Virus record (IMG/VR): IMGVR_UViG_3300031228_000020
Span: 1 to 33,611 of that record
From: a virus
Taxonomy: Duplodnaviria; Caudoviricetes
Length of the DNA: 33,611 nucleotides
Strand: one strand, 5' to 3'
Part shown: positions 1 through 9,800 of the stretch, in pieces
Layout of the letters: each line of letters starts with the position of its first letter
Numbering within the stretch: the stretch's first letter is position 1
The notes under the pieces: model-generated
The model's input: the letters and a program-made list of their open reading frames with translations, nothing else
Told to the model about the DNA's origin: nothing
Databases searched by the model: none
Program-made: the position numbers and the translations under genes

Positions 1-3
1 GGT

Positions 4-294
4 GTGCTGATGGTCGTCGCGTTCGGTCTCGGGTTGACCGGTGACCAGCAGACGTACATCGTCGCGACCGTGGTCGCCGCGACGGGTCTGCTCACCGCGC
101 TGCTGACACGACCGTTCGCGGTGGCAGCTCTGACGGACTTCGCTCGCGCCGGGCTGGCGTTGTTCGCGTCGTTCGGTGTCGGGTTGACCGCTGATCAGAT
201 CGCGCTGGTGGTGACGTTCCTCGGTGTGTTGACGACCGGGATCGTCCGAGGTCAGGTGTCGCCGGACTACTCACCGCCCCGCAGAGACGGCTAG
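4..294 (+). CDS. Holin-like multi-pass membrane protein (probably 5'-truncated by the window edge)
   Basis: Hydrophobic throughout with an internal repeat (FGLGLTGDQ / FGVGLTADQ) and a C-terminal 'IVRGQVSP' tail typical of actinophage holin-like proteins. Confidence 0.6.
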   Translation: MLMVVAFGLGLTGDQQTYIVATVVAATGLLTALLTRPFAVAALTDFARAGLALFASFGVGLTADQIALVVTFLGVLTTGIVRGQVSPDYSPPRRDG

Positions 295-303
295 GTCGTG
301 TTC

Positions 304-340
304 GCGCGGCTTGCTCGCTGGTTTCACGAGCAAGTCGCGC
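304..340 (+). terminator. Stem-loop after holin-like gene
   Basis: GCGCGGCTTGCTCG (304-317) pairs with CGAGCAAGTCGCGC (327-340), 14 bp with one G-U, 10 nt after the stop; no U tract. Confidence 0.5.
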
Positions 341-426
341 TGTCACCGGATCTGCGGCACCTAGACGACGGCGCTACCCGCTGGCGGTACGGCGACGACC
401 CGGACTCTGACCCACACCCCGACGGC

Positions 427-456
427 TAGACAGTACGACGCACGGTGATCTAGTGC
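427..456 (+). promoter_or_regulatory. Phage promoter copy 1: TAGACA-N18-TAGTGC
   Basis: Same boxes and 18-nt spacer as copies at 22778, 25335, 27938 and 31993; followed by AGGAG and ATG 493. Confidence 0.75.
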
Positions 457-492
457 GAGCGGTATCCGACCCGCCGAACTAGGAGCCGCACC

Positions 493-801
493 ATGCCCGA
501 TTCGATCTCGACTGTGCCGACCAGCGTCTACGTGTCATCTGGCCCCGCACAGAACGCCGCGCTGATCCTCGCCAGTTCGCCGGCGCTCGCTGATCACGTC
601 GTCGTCACGAATGACGGCGGCTCCGGTGTGTTCATCGAGCACAAGGCCGACGATGCGCAACGGCTGTGGGTGCTGCTGCTCTCCGTGTCCGGTCACGCTG
701 CTCTGCAGTTCTCGCTGTATGACGTCGTGGCTCATCTGGACAACCACAACGCGCAGTCGGTGCAGCACGCTGTCGCCGCGCTCTGCCGCCGAGACATCTG
801 A
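493..801 (+). CDS. Hypothetical protein
   Basis: AGGAG RBS, GC3-biased codons, TGATG coupling to the next gene. Confidence 0.7.
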   Translation: MPDSISTVPTSVYVSSGPAQNAALILASSPALADHVVVTNDGGSGVFIEHKADDAQRLWVLLLSVSGHAALQFSLYDVVAHLDNHNAQSVQHAVAALCRRDI

Positions 802-1313
802 TGAGGGCCGCTCTCCGGTGCCTCTCGCGCCGTTTCAGCCGCCCGGCGGCACCGGAGTCCGCCGTCGTCGTGGTCGAGCCGCAGACAGCGGATCTCGCTA
901 CACAGCTCGCACGGTTCGGTGCGGCGTGGACCAACACGATGAACACACTCGGCGCGGCGCTGACGCCGGCGCTCAGCGATGCCGCTGAGGCGCTCGCACG
1001 GTTCGTGCGCGCGTTCTCGCCGTACTACGCCGCGAACCAGCCGGTGCACGTCGCCGGTCTAGAGGCCCGGTACTTCGTCCGCGCCGGACTCGACCCGTCG
1101 TACGCCGACCCGCGTGCACTCGACCAACTGGTGCAGCAGATCATGACCGGCGCCGGCGACCTGCTGTTCGTGTCCGACGAGAACCGCGCTCTGATCGCGT
1201 CCGCTGCGCTCCGCGGCTGGGTCGGCTCTCACGCCGGTGACACGACGGTGCGTGTGCTCGCGTGGCACCGGCAGATCGGCAGCACCGCGATCAGCGTCGG
1301 ACGTGCGTCATGA
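801..1313 (+). CDS. Hypothetical protein
   Basis: Start/stop overlaps with both neighbours. Confidence 0.65.
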   Translation: MRAALRCLSRRFSRPAAPESAVVVVEPQTADLATQLARFGAAWTNTMNTLGAALTPALSDAAEALARFVRAFSPYYAANQPVHVAGLEARYFVRAGLDPSYADPRALDQLVQQIMTGAGDLLFVSDENRALIASAALRGWVGSHAGDTTVRVLAWHRQIGSTAISVGRAS

Positions 1314-1516
1314 ACGACGCTGCCGCGATGTGGGGACTGGCTGAGAACCTCGCGCTACCGGTGAGCGACCGGCTCGCGTGTGCGTTGAAAGCTCTCGACC
1401 ACTTCGGTAACGCCGTCGACCGGATCGAGACGTGGTGTGAGCAGCAGGACGCTCTGAGCAAGGGGGAGAGCATGACGACGGCCTCGATCCGCGCGCTGAT
1501 CGACGGCACGCCGTGA
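1310..1516 (+). CDS. Hypothetical protein (MNDAAAMW...)
   Basis: ATGA overlap at 1310-1313 gives a better start than the ORF track's 1262. Confidence 0.6.
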   Translation: MNDAAAMWGLAENLALPVSDRLACALKALDHFGNAVDRIETWCEQQDALSKGESMTTASIRALIDGTP

Positions 1517-1593
1517 GCTTCCCGACGCTGCTTCTGCTGACCGTGTGGCTACCGCTCGGTGTGTTCATCCTGTGGCGCTGCATCCGGAGCTAG
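1513..1593 (+). CDS. 26-aa single-TM peptide MSFPTLLLLTVWLPLGVFILWRCIRS
   Basis: GTGA overlap with the upstream stop; hydrophobic core with basic tail; below the ORF track cut-off. Confidence 0.45.
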   Translation: MSFPTLLLLTVWLPLGVFILWRCIRS

Positions 1594-1623
1594 CATCACC
1601 TGCAGCTAGTAGGACCGCTGAGC

Positions 1624-1662
1624 AAATGACCCCGACATGCCACCCTGGTGTCGGGGTCGTTT
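1624..1662 (+). terminator. Intrinsic terminator upstream of the capsid operon
   Basis: GACCCCGACA (1628-1637) / TGTCGGGGTC (1649-1658) stem followed by GTTT. Confidence 0.7.
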
Positions 1663-1730
1663 CACGTCCGGTTGCTAGCAGGTCGCTCGCGGAATACACC
1701 CCAATCTCCCGCGTGTCGCGTCACCGGTGC

Positions 1731-1760
1731 TTGACCCGGCCCGTGTCAGCGGGTCAGTCT
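1731..1760 (+). promoter_or_regulatory. Candidate capsid-operon promoter TTGACC-N18-CAGTCT overlapped by an inverted repeat
   Basis: Near-consensus -35; TGACCCG (1732-1738) / CGGGTCA (1750-1756) dyad overlaps both boxes. Confidence 0.45.
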
Positions 1761-1875
1761 CAGCGGCAGGAAGCCTCCCGGTGCTGGCATAGCCGACTGG
1801 TTGAGGACATCCGCTAGGCCGACCGGCGCTCGCCGGGCCGCGGACAACATCGACCGCCACGAAAGGGCACCCACG

Positions 1876-3555
1876 ATGAGTGACTACACGTTCCCGGAGA
1901 ACCTGTCGGAGCTGACCGATGAGCAGCTCGCTCAGGCCGCTGCAGACGCGACCGCTGAGGCGCAGCGCATCATCGGTCTCGGCAGCGAGGCGACCGATGC
2001 GGACCTCGACCTGCTCGACCGTCTCGCGGCGCTGGTCGACACCGAGATCCCGGCAGTGACCACCGAGCGCGAGACCGCAGCCGCTGAGCGGCAGCAGCGC
2101 CTCGACGCCGCAGCGCAGCGCATCGAGAACGCCGGCGGCGACGGTGACGGCGACGACGGCGACGCCGGTGACGAGCCGCCGGCTGAGACCCCGCCCGCGG
2201 GTGACGAGCCGGCCGACGACGCTCCGGAGTCGATCGCCGCAGCCGCCGCACGCCGGTCGCGTGTCCCGTCGCGGACACCGGCGAACCCGCAGCCCTCTGA
2301 CGACGGCCCGTCCGGGTTCCTCTCGATCGTCGCCGCAGCGAACATCGGCGGCGGCACGAACATCGCGATGGGACAGTCGCTCGCCGACACGATGGAGCTG
2401 GCTACCGCGTTCAAGGCGAAGGGCCGCGCGTTCGACGGTCTCGGCAGCAGCCGCGGGATCCGCGAGCAGCTCCCCGTCGCGACCCTGCAGCGGCACTACG
2501 AGCGCACCACGGACGCGCTCTACTTCGGCAACGAGGACTACAAGACCGAGCAGAGCCTGCTCGTCGCGGCGGCGTCCGAGCGGCGGCTGCCGAACGGCTC
2601 CCTCGTCGCGGCCGGCGGCTGGTGCGCACCGTCGGAGAACCGCTACGACCTGTGCCAGCAGGAGACCCTCGACGGGATCCTCGATCTCCCCGAGGTCGGC
2701 GTGCCGCGCGGTGGCATCAACTACACGCCCGGTCCGTCGTTCGCGGACATCTACGCCGACGCTGGATTCTTCCAGACCGAGGCGCAGGCGATCGCCGGTG
2801 AGACCAAGCCGTGTGTCGAGATCGACTGCCCGGACTTCTCTGAGATCCGGCTCGACGCCGTGGGGATCTGTGTCAAGGCGCCGCTGCTCACCCGGACGGC
2901 GTACCCGGAGGCTGTGCAGCGGTGGATCGAGGGCACCGTCGTCGCGAACCAGCACAAGGTGTCGGCTCGGCTGATCACCGCGATGCGGACCGCGCTCGGC
3001 ACCGCGCTCGCTCCGACGCTGACCGGCACCCCGGTCACGTGGTCGACCCTCTCGTACGTCGAGTGGATCATCGAGATGCAGCGGCAGGCGCACCGGCTCA
3101 GCGAGACCGAGTCGCTGGAGGTCGTGTTCCCCCGCTGGTTCCGCGCGGTGCTCCGCGCGGACCTCGCGAACCGCAACGGGATGGTCGCCTCCGAGCGCGT
3201 CACGAACGCGATGATCACGGAGCACTTCGCCGACCGCGGCGCGATGGTGCAGTTCGTGCTCAACTATCTGGAGGTCGCCGACCCGACGGCATCGGTCGCG
3301 TACCCCGCGACGGTCGAGGGCATGATCTACCCGGCCGGCACGTTCGTGAAGGGCACGCAGGACGTGATCAGCCTCGACGCGATCTACGACACCGCGGATC
3401 TGCCGACCAACGTGTTCACGGCCGCGTTCGTGGAGGACGGTGTGCTGCTCGCGAAGATGTGCCACGGCGGCGCCCGGGTCACGATCCCGGTCCACGTCAC
3501 CGGCCAGCTCGGCGCGCTCGACATCAACGAGACGCTGGGCACCGCGCAGGTCTGA
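1876..3555 (+). CDS. Major capsid (hexamer-type) protein with N-terminal acidic, scaffold-like extension
   Basis: GAAAGGG RBS before ATG 1876; motifs LVAAGGWCAPSENRYDLC, DGILDLPEVGVPRGGI, ETKPCVEIDCP and YPAGTFV match the large actinophage capsid family (cluster B/Rosebush type); helical acidic N-terminus plus D/G/P linker. Confidence 0.88.
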   Translation: MSDYTFPENLSELTDEQLAQAAADATAEAQRIIGLGSEATDADLDLLDRLAALVDTEIPAVTTERETAAAERQQRLDAAAQRIENAGGDGDGDDGDAGDEPPAETPPAGDEPADDAPESIAAAAARRSRVPSRTPANPQPSDDGPSGFLSIVAAANIGGGTNIAMGQSLADTMELATAFKAKGRAFDGLGSSRGIREQLPVATLQRHYERTTDALYFGNEDYKTEQSLLVAAASERRLPNGSLVAAGGWCAPSENRYDLCQQETLDGILDLPEVGVPRGGINYTPGPSFADIYADAGFFQTEAQAIAGETKPCVEIDCPDFSEIRLDAVGICVKAPLLTRTAYPEAVQRWIEGTVVANQHKVSARLITAMRTALGTALAPTLTGTPVTWSTLSYVEWIIEMQRQAHRLSETESLEVVFPRWFRAVLRADLANRNGMVASERVTNAMITEHFADRGAMVQFVLNYLEVADPTASVAYPATVEGMIYPAGTFVKGTQDVISLDAIYDTADLPTNVFTAAFVEDGVLLAKMCHGGARVTIPVHVTGQLGALDINETLGTAQV

Positions 3556-3559
3556 TGAT

Positions 3560-3595
3560 CTTCCCGGCCCGGGCGGTGAGCTTCGGGCCGGGAAG
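3560..3595 (+). terminator. Strong hairpin between the two capsid genes
   Basis: CTTCCCGGCCCG (3560-3571) / CGGGCCGGGAAG (3584-3595), perfect 12 bp. Confidence 0.7.
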
Positions 3596-3633
3596 CACGT
3601 CAGTCTGATGCCGGTCTAGGAAGGGAGCACAGC

Positions 3634-4755
3634 ATGGTCGCGAAGCCGGAGGTCGTCGCCAGTCCACCGGTGACGCCGCTGCCGCACGGTCTCTACTCCG
3701 TAGCGCTCGTCACTGACAGCGCGGATCCGCATGAGGGCCTCGCAGGGTTCACGTACGAGCCGGTGTCGTGTGGCTCGGTCGAGCTGACCGTTGCCGCGTG
3801 CGTCGCTCCGCCGTCGCCGGGCACCGTCGAGATCAGCGTTGACGCCGCCGGTCTCGCGACCGTGACCGCTGACGGTGTGCCGGCCGGCGACTACGTGATC
3901 GACTGGGGTGACGGCTCGGAGCCGGAGACCGTTGACGCTGCTGCGTTGAACGGCACCACGCATCAGTACGCAGCACCCGGCGACTACGACGTGACGATCA
4001 CCGGCCCCGCGTCGGCTCCGATCGGCACATGGTTGGCATCCGGCACGGTCACGGTCGCAGATGCTGCCGCGTCTGGACCGTTCGACCTCACGGTCGCGAC
4101 GAGCAAGATCGCCGACGAGGGCATCGAGTGGGTCGAGTCCGGTGCCCCGACACCGCACTACGCGCTCGTGCGCTGTGCTCCGTTCGGTGGCGTCGATCTC
4201 CGTGCTCGTGTGCAGGCGGCGATCGACCTCAACGAGCAGCGCGCGATCGAGGCTGGGTTCATCGCTGATGTCGCTCAGACCGCGGTCGACATCACCCCGG
4301 CTGGTGGCGCAGTGTCGCCGGACAAGGGCGCCGCTCTGCTGCAGCAGTACGCCGGCAGCAACTACGGCGGTGTGCCCGTGTTGCACGCTGACCGTGCGGT
4401 GTCGCATCTGCTCGACAACGTCGACCGGGTGAGCAACCACCTTGAGACCACGATCGGTGCGTGGCTCGCGGCCGGAGCTGGCTACGCCGGCGCGGTCGGT
4501 CCGCTCGCTGATCCGGAGGACCCTGACAGCGGTGTCGCAGCTGGTGCGAACGAGGCGTGGATGTTCGTCACCGGTCAGATCGTCGTACGCCGCGGTACGG
4601 TCGACCTGTTGGAGTCGCCGATCGAGGTCCGGTCAGCGACCGCTGTCGCGAACACGCTGACCGCTCTCGCGGAGCGCACGACCGCGGTGTCGCACGAGTG
4701 CTTCGCTGCCGCGATCCTCGTGACCGTCACAGACGCGCCGGCGGTGGGCGACTGA
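3634..4755 (+). CDS. Capsid pentamer-type protein with inserted PKD/Ig-like domain
   Basis: Directly follows the hexamer gene; N-terminal PPVTPLPHGLYSVA and C-terminal NTLTALAERT...HEC motifs; internal YVIDWGDGS...THQYAAPGDYDVTIT is the PKD signature. Confidence 0.75.
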   Translation: MVAKPEVVASPPVTPLPHGLYSVALVTDSADPHEGLAGFTYEPVSCGSVELTVAACVAPPSPGTVEISVDAAGLATVTADGVPAGDYVIDWGDGSEPETVDAAALNGTTHQYAAPGDYDVTITGPASAPIGTWLASGTVTVADAAASGPFDLTVATSKIADEGIEWVESGAPTPHYALVRCAPFGGVDLRARVQAAIDLNEQRAIEAGFIADVAQTAVDITPAGGAVSPDKGAALLQQYAGSNYGGVPVLHADRAVSHLLDNVDRVSNHLETTIGAWLAAGAGYAGAVGPLADPEDPDSGVAAGANEAWMFVTGQIVVRRGTVDLLESPIEVRSATAVANTLTALAERTTAVSHECFAAAILVTVTDAPAVGD

Positions 4756-4985
4756 TGGGCGGCGGATGGGGCACGCCGAGCTGGATGGGCGGCGACGCGA
4801 ACGTCGGCGAGGTTCTCGTCAACGGCAAGGACTCCGTGACCGCACGGCGGCTGCTCGATGCTGCCAACCGGGCCGGAGTGGACCAGCAGGAAGTGCGGAC
4901 CGTGACCGGCGGGTTCATCGTGCCGGTGGCCGTGTGGGACGCGATGCAGGAGACGCTGGCCGCTGAGACCAGCGGCGAGTTCTAG
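4755..4985 (+). CDS. Small virion-module hypothetical protein
   Basis: TGATG coupling; ARRLLDAA...VRTVTGGFIVP segment; lies between capsid and tail genes. Confidence 0.65.
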   Translation: MGGGWGTPSWMGGDANVGEVLVNGKDSVTARRLLDAANRAGVDQQEVRTVTGGFIVPVAVWDAMQETLAAETSGEF

Positions 4986-5003
4986 GGCGATAGGAGACCC
5001 CCG

Positions 5004-5915
5004 ATGAGCAGCAGGAAGTTCCCCGTCGTCAAGGGCCGCGTGATCCGCGGCACACGTGTCGACTCGTGCGGCCGACCGGTCTACGGCGACGCTTCGCAGG
5101 TCGCGTCCGACGGCTACATCAGCATTGCTGTCACCGCGAACTACGATGACGGCGACGAGATCGAGCAGAAGAACGCGTGGGGCCGGCGGTGCGTGAAGCG
5201 CGACGCCGAGCCGGAGCTGCTGAACGAGTCGCTCGACGTGACGTTCTGCGCGGTCGACCCGGAGTTTTACACGCTGCTCACCGGGATGCCCGTCATCTAC
5301 GACGCCGCGACCGGTGACGCGATCGGCTACGACGTGGACGTGTCGGTGCGGCCGTCTGACGTGCGTGTCGCGTTGGAGAACTGGTCCAGCGCCGAGAGCG
5401 CGGTCCAGTGCGACCCGGACGATGAGGGGCTGCCGTGGGCGTACTTCCTGTGGCCGTTCCTGTCCGGCGGCAAGATCGGCGACTACACGATCGAGAACGG
5501 CGCCGTCACGTTCTCCGCGACAGGGCTGCTCACCAAGTCCGGCAGCCTGTGGGACCTCGGTCCGTACCTCGTGACCCGCGACGAGCTGGGCGACCCGGAC
5601 TTCCTGCAGGAGCCGATCACGGCGACCACGCACCGTCGCACGTTCTACACGACCGTGCAGCCGCCGGCTGAGACCGACGGTCTCGTGCCGCTGGATGACC
5701 CGGACGTCGGTGAGGCGACCGGTGCTGACGCCGGATCGCCGGGTGCGTTCACTCCGACGAACGCTGTCCGGCCGTACGACCTCGTGGAGCTGCAGGCGTC
5801 TGCGGTTGTCGCTGACCCGGTGACGCTGTGGACGACCGGACAGTACGTGGTTCTCGGCAACGGGCTGCACGCGCACTGGGACGGCGACACGTGGGAGGAC
5901 GGCAAGGCGCCGTGA
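5004..5915 (+). CDS. Major tail protein with C-terminal accessory domain
   Basis: AGGAG RBS; KGRVIRGTRVDSCGRP and EIEQKNAWGRRCV tube motifs; C-terminal AGSPG...WTTGQYVVLG..AHWDG appendage. Confidence 0.85.
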   Translation: MSSRKFPVVKGRVIRGTRVDSCGRPVYGDASQVASDGYISIAVTANYDDGDEIEQKNAWGRRCVKRDAEPELLNESLDVTFCAVDPEFYTLLTGMPVIYDAATGDAIGYDVDVSVRPSDVRVALENWSSAESAVQCDPDDEGLPWAYFLWPFLSGGKIGDYTIENGAVTFSATGLLTKSGSLWDLGPYLVTRDELGDPDFLQEPITATTHRRTFYTTVQPPAETDGLVPLDDPDVGEATGADAGSPGAFTPTNAVRPYDLVELQASAVVADPVTLWTTGQYVVLGNGLHAHWDGDTWEDGKAP

Positions 5916-6041
5916 CGGCTTTGAACGGGCGGGTGAGGGTCTACCTCCGCTGAGTGGCTGATCGGCGCTCACGTTCGCTGTGAGCCTCACCCGGCGTGGT
6001 CAGCGGACCGATACTGTGAGAGCTGATGGGAGGTCCGAGAC

Positions 6042-6851
6042 GTGGGTAACCCCGAGTGCTGGCCGGTGGACGTCTCATGCGTCCCTCACTGGAACGACGA
6101 GACTGATGACGACCCGCCGGTTCCGGTCTACTCAGAGGAACAGAAAGCGCGTGCTGAGTCGCTCGCGATCGACTCGCTCCGCACGCTGACCGGCTACCGG
6201 ATCGGCGGCTGCCCGACGGTGCTGCGGCCGTGCAAGGCCGGCTGTGGCGTGGACACGTGGCGCACGTACCCGGTGGGCTACCCCGGCGGCGTCGGCTGGA
6301 TGCCGGTGCTCGTGTCCGGCACGTGGCTCAACGTCGCGTGCGGTTGTGCCGGCGACGGCTGCTCGTGCAGCTCGGTCAGCGAGATCCGGCTACCGCAACC
6401 GAGCGGGAACATCAGCGAGATCAAGATCGACGGCGCCGTGTTGCCGAGCACGGCGTACCGTGTCGACCCCGGCGGCCGGCTGATCCGCACCGACGGCGGT
6501 CGCTGGCCGATCTGTCAGAACATCGCAGCTGCCGACACCGAGGACGGCACATGGTCGATCACCGTCCGACCCGGGCTGGAACCGGACGCTGATGCGCAGT
6601 TCATGGCCGGCATCATGGCCGGCGAGTTCCTCCGTGCGTGCACCGATGACGACGCGTGCCGGTTGCCGGTCGGCGTCACTCAGATCGCCCGTCTCGGTGT
6701 CACGATGACGCTCGGCACCGGTGCGTTCCCGGACGACCGGACCGGTATCCGTGAGGTCGACGTGTGGCTCGACCGGTGGAACCCGAACCGGCTCCGCAGT
6801 CGCGCGACCGTGATGAGTCCCGACGTACACCGCCCCCGCCCGCAGGGCTGA
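6042..6851 (+). CDS. Head-to-tail adaptor
   Basis: GGGAGG RBS; LRTLTGYRIGGCPTVLRPC, CRLP..VTQIARLGVT and TGIREVDVWL motifs; synteny. Confidence 0.75.
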   Translation: MGNPECWPVDVSCVPHWNDETDDDPPVPVYSEEQKARAESLAIDSLRTLTGYRIGGCPTVLRPCKAGCGVDTWRTYPVGYPGGVGWMPVLVSGTWLNVACGCAGDGCSCSSVSEIRLPQPSGNISEIKIDGAVLPSTAYRVDPGGRLIRTDGGRWPICQNIAAADTEDGTWSITVRPGLEPDADAQFMAGIMAGEFLRACTDDDACRLPVGVTQIARLGVTMTLGTGAFPDDRTGIREVDVWLDRWNPNRLRSRATVMSPDVHRPRPQG

Positions 6852-6866
6852 TAGGAGACCACAGCG

Positions 6867-9800
6867 ATGCCTGTTCAGAGGATCCAGATGCGGCGCGGTA
6901 CCGCAGTCGAGTGGGCTGCCGCTGATCCGACGCTCGAATCCGGTGAGATCGGCTACGACCAGACGCTGCTGAATTTCAAGATCGGCACCGGTCTCCTCCC
7001 TTGGTCGCAGCTGCCGTGGGCGAGTGACGCTGACGACCTCGTTACTCAGAAACGTGCGATCACACTGCGGACGCTGCCGGAGTGGATCAACTGCGAACGT
7101 GGCTACAACTCCGCGTCGTTCACCCAAGACAACGTGTGCACCGTCGATGACTACCGGTATGTCGTCTACTGGGCTGCTGACAAGACCCCTCACATCGCTC
7201 AGCTGGACCTCAACACCGGCGACTGGGCGACCTTCGATCTCGGCACGATCGCCGGCAACCCTCTTGCGTCTCCGGTAGCTGGCACCGACGGACACCACAA
7301 CCTGACCGTGGGAGTCGACGCCTCCGGCCGGATCCACGTCTCCGGCAACCACCACAACGCTGCGCTGCACTACACCCGGTCCAGCAACCCGCATGACATC
7401 ACGGCTTGGGTCACTCCGGGCATGGTCGGCACCGAAGAAACCTCAGTCACCTACCCGACGTTCGTAACGCTCCCCGACGGGACACTGCTGTTCGCCTACC
7501 GCGAGGGTCTCTCTGGCGACGGCGACATGATGCTCAACCGTTACAGCACCGCCACACAGACGTGGGATCGCCTCGGTGTCGTAGCTGACGGCACCGCGTC
7601 TAGCGAATCCCCTTACTGGAACCGTCTCGCAGTTGACGCAGACGGCCGGATCCATCTGTTCCTATGCTGGCGCGGCACCGGCTCCGCTGACACCAACAAT
7701 GACTTCTCTTACGCCGTGCTCTCCGGGCTGTCCTCCGGTGCCATGCTCGCTCACACGTCGGACGGCTCGGTTCAGACTCTCCCCATCACGCACGCCAACG
7801 CTGAGATCATCATCGACACCGCCGCCTCCGGGTCAGGGCTGATCAATCAGCTCGGCGCTGACGTCGACACCCAGGGTCGTCCGCACGCCGCTGCGTGGCT
7901 GAAAGACGCCGGCGGGATCATTCAGATTCAGCACGTGTGGCACGACGGCAGCGCGTGGCAGGTCGACGCTCTCACACAGTTCAACCGGACGATTAATCTC
8001 GCCACCGAATCAGGGCCGGACCTCCTCGCCCGCGCTCACGTCGCCTGCACCCCGGCTGGTGAGACGCTGTTCATCTACCGGGCGAAGTACGACGGGCTGC
8101 GTGGCTCAATCCGCTGCATCGACGCGACCCTCGGTCCCGCCCGGTCGGAATACTCGCTAGCTGATCTCAACCTCGGCAACTGGGAGCCGTCTCTGGACTC
8201 TCGTGCACTCCGGGAGCGCGGCGAACTGGTGATGCTGCTCTCTGCGAACGTCGGCACCTACAACGCGGCCGGCACCGGTCTCGGGATCAACGCCCTCAAC
8301 ACGCAATGGGGCGGCGTCCTCATCGTGGACCTGAACCAGACCCGGCTGCTCGCCGCCGGCACAGCTGCTGTTCCTCGGATCCGGACCACCGGCGTAGAAA
8401 CCGGGCTGGACGCGTCGGCGACGATCACCAGCACCACCCTCGCGGGCTTCGGTGTCGGACCTATCCCGATCCTCCCGTCCCCGGGTGACGTGATGTTCAC
8501 CCGCACCTATGCCCGGTTCCGGGGCGGCGCGGCGTCGACTACGAACATTCAGACGGTAGAGAACCGGGAGCAATCGGACGGGACTCTCACTGACCGGACG
8601 CTGGGTCTGATGACCGCGACCGGCGTCGATCAGGAGCAGCGCGAGACGCCGTGGATGCCGCTAACCATGATGACCGCGGAGTCCGACCGGGGATGGGTCT
8701 CGATCCGCGCCAACAACGCCTCCGGTGACGGCAACGTCAGCGTCGTGCAGTACGAGGTCGGTGTCTTGGAATGCGACTACGGATCCACCGTCACCGAACT
8801 TGACGCCTCTGGCGCCAGTGTCGCCGGTGGCGGGCTGTCTCTCGCTCTCATCGACGGAGCGACGGCCACGAACCTCACCAGCTCGGCCTCTCAGACCTAC
8901 GCCGCGATCACGGCGGGGTTTATGCGCGGCCAGATCATCACTCATCCCCGCTGGGGGGCGGTCGGCGACGGGGCCGGGAATGACGCGCCCGCGATCAACG
9001 CCGCTCTCTCATGGCTGGGCACCAACGGCGGCGGCGTCTGCCTGATCCCCGAGCTGTCGTTCCGGTGCACCGGAACGCTCAGTGTGCCCAGCAACGTCGA
9101 ACTGCGAGGCTACGGCGAGAAGTCCGTGCTGGAGTTCACCTGGGATCTGTCCTCAGGCGGACAGCACATCGTCAACAGCGACCAGACCAACGGCAACGAG
9201 AACATCACCCTGCGCAACCTCATGATCAAGGGCAACGGCGATGGTGAGCCCTGGGGAGACAATGCGACGTTCGGCGCCCCCGCCGTAGGCGTGTTCTTCC
9301 GCCGCTGCAACAACGTGGTCATCGAGGACGTCACCTTCTACCGGACCACTGGCCCCTCCGTGTTCATCCAGGGCTGTGCCGGTCTGCGCGTGCGCGGCAA
9401 CCGGGTCCGCGAGTCGGGTCGAGGCGGGCTCATCGCCTCCGGGTTCGCCACGGATTGGCCCCTGAGCGATGTGGTGATCTCCGACAACATCATCGACCTC
9501 GTGGGCGATGACGGGATCGCGGTCTCCTCCTGCCCCAACACTGCAGCAGGCGTGCCCGGTCGGGCGACCCGCATCGCGATCACCGGCAACACGATCAACG
9601 GCGGCCACCAGACAGCAACCGGCGACGACCCTTCTGATGCCGGGCGTGGCATCCTCGCCCGTGACGTCGACGGCCTGACTATCACCGGCAACACGATCGA
9701 GCGCACCCACTCCCGCAACATCTCGGTCTCGTATGTCGACACCACCCTCGGATCTCGAAACGTCGTTATCAGCGGCAACACGCTCGGCTACGCGGGTGGG

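Noticed and set aside
298-429. 43-aa ORF MFARLARWFHEQ...PHPDG and a GACGGCTAG direct repeat (286-294, 421-429)
   Set aside because: Weak RBS, overlaps a 14-bp hairpin and the promoter -35; cannot be supported, though not excluded
1675-3495. 606-aa minus-strand ORF, and similar long antisense ORFs (4575-5990, 6390-7394, 9966-11012, 15796-16812, 30428-31474; + strand 20743-21870)
   Set aside because: Shadow frames of high-GC genes; Arg/Gly/Val-rich with no motifs or RBS, and fully overlapping well-supported genes
5931-5993. tRNA gene
   Set aside because: About 63 nt, no proper D or anticodon arms, and the T-loop geometry is wrong
6867-7030. Mtd-like N-terminus suggesting a diversity-generating retroelement
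   Set aside because: No reverse transcriptase and no TR/VR repeat pair seen in the window; the anchor domain is widespread without DGRs
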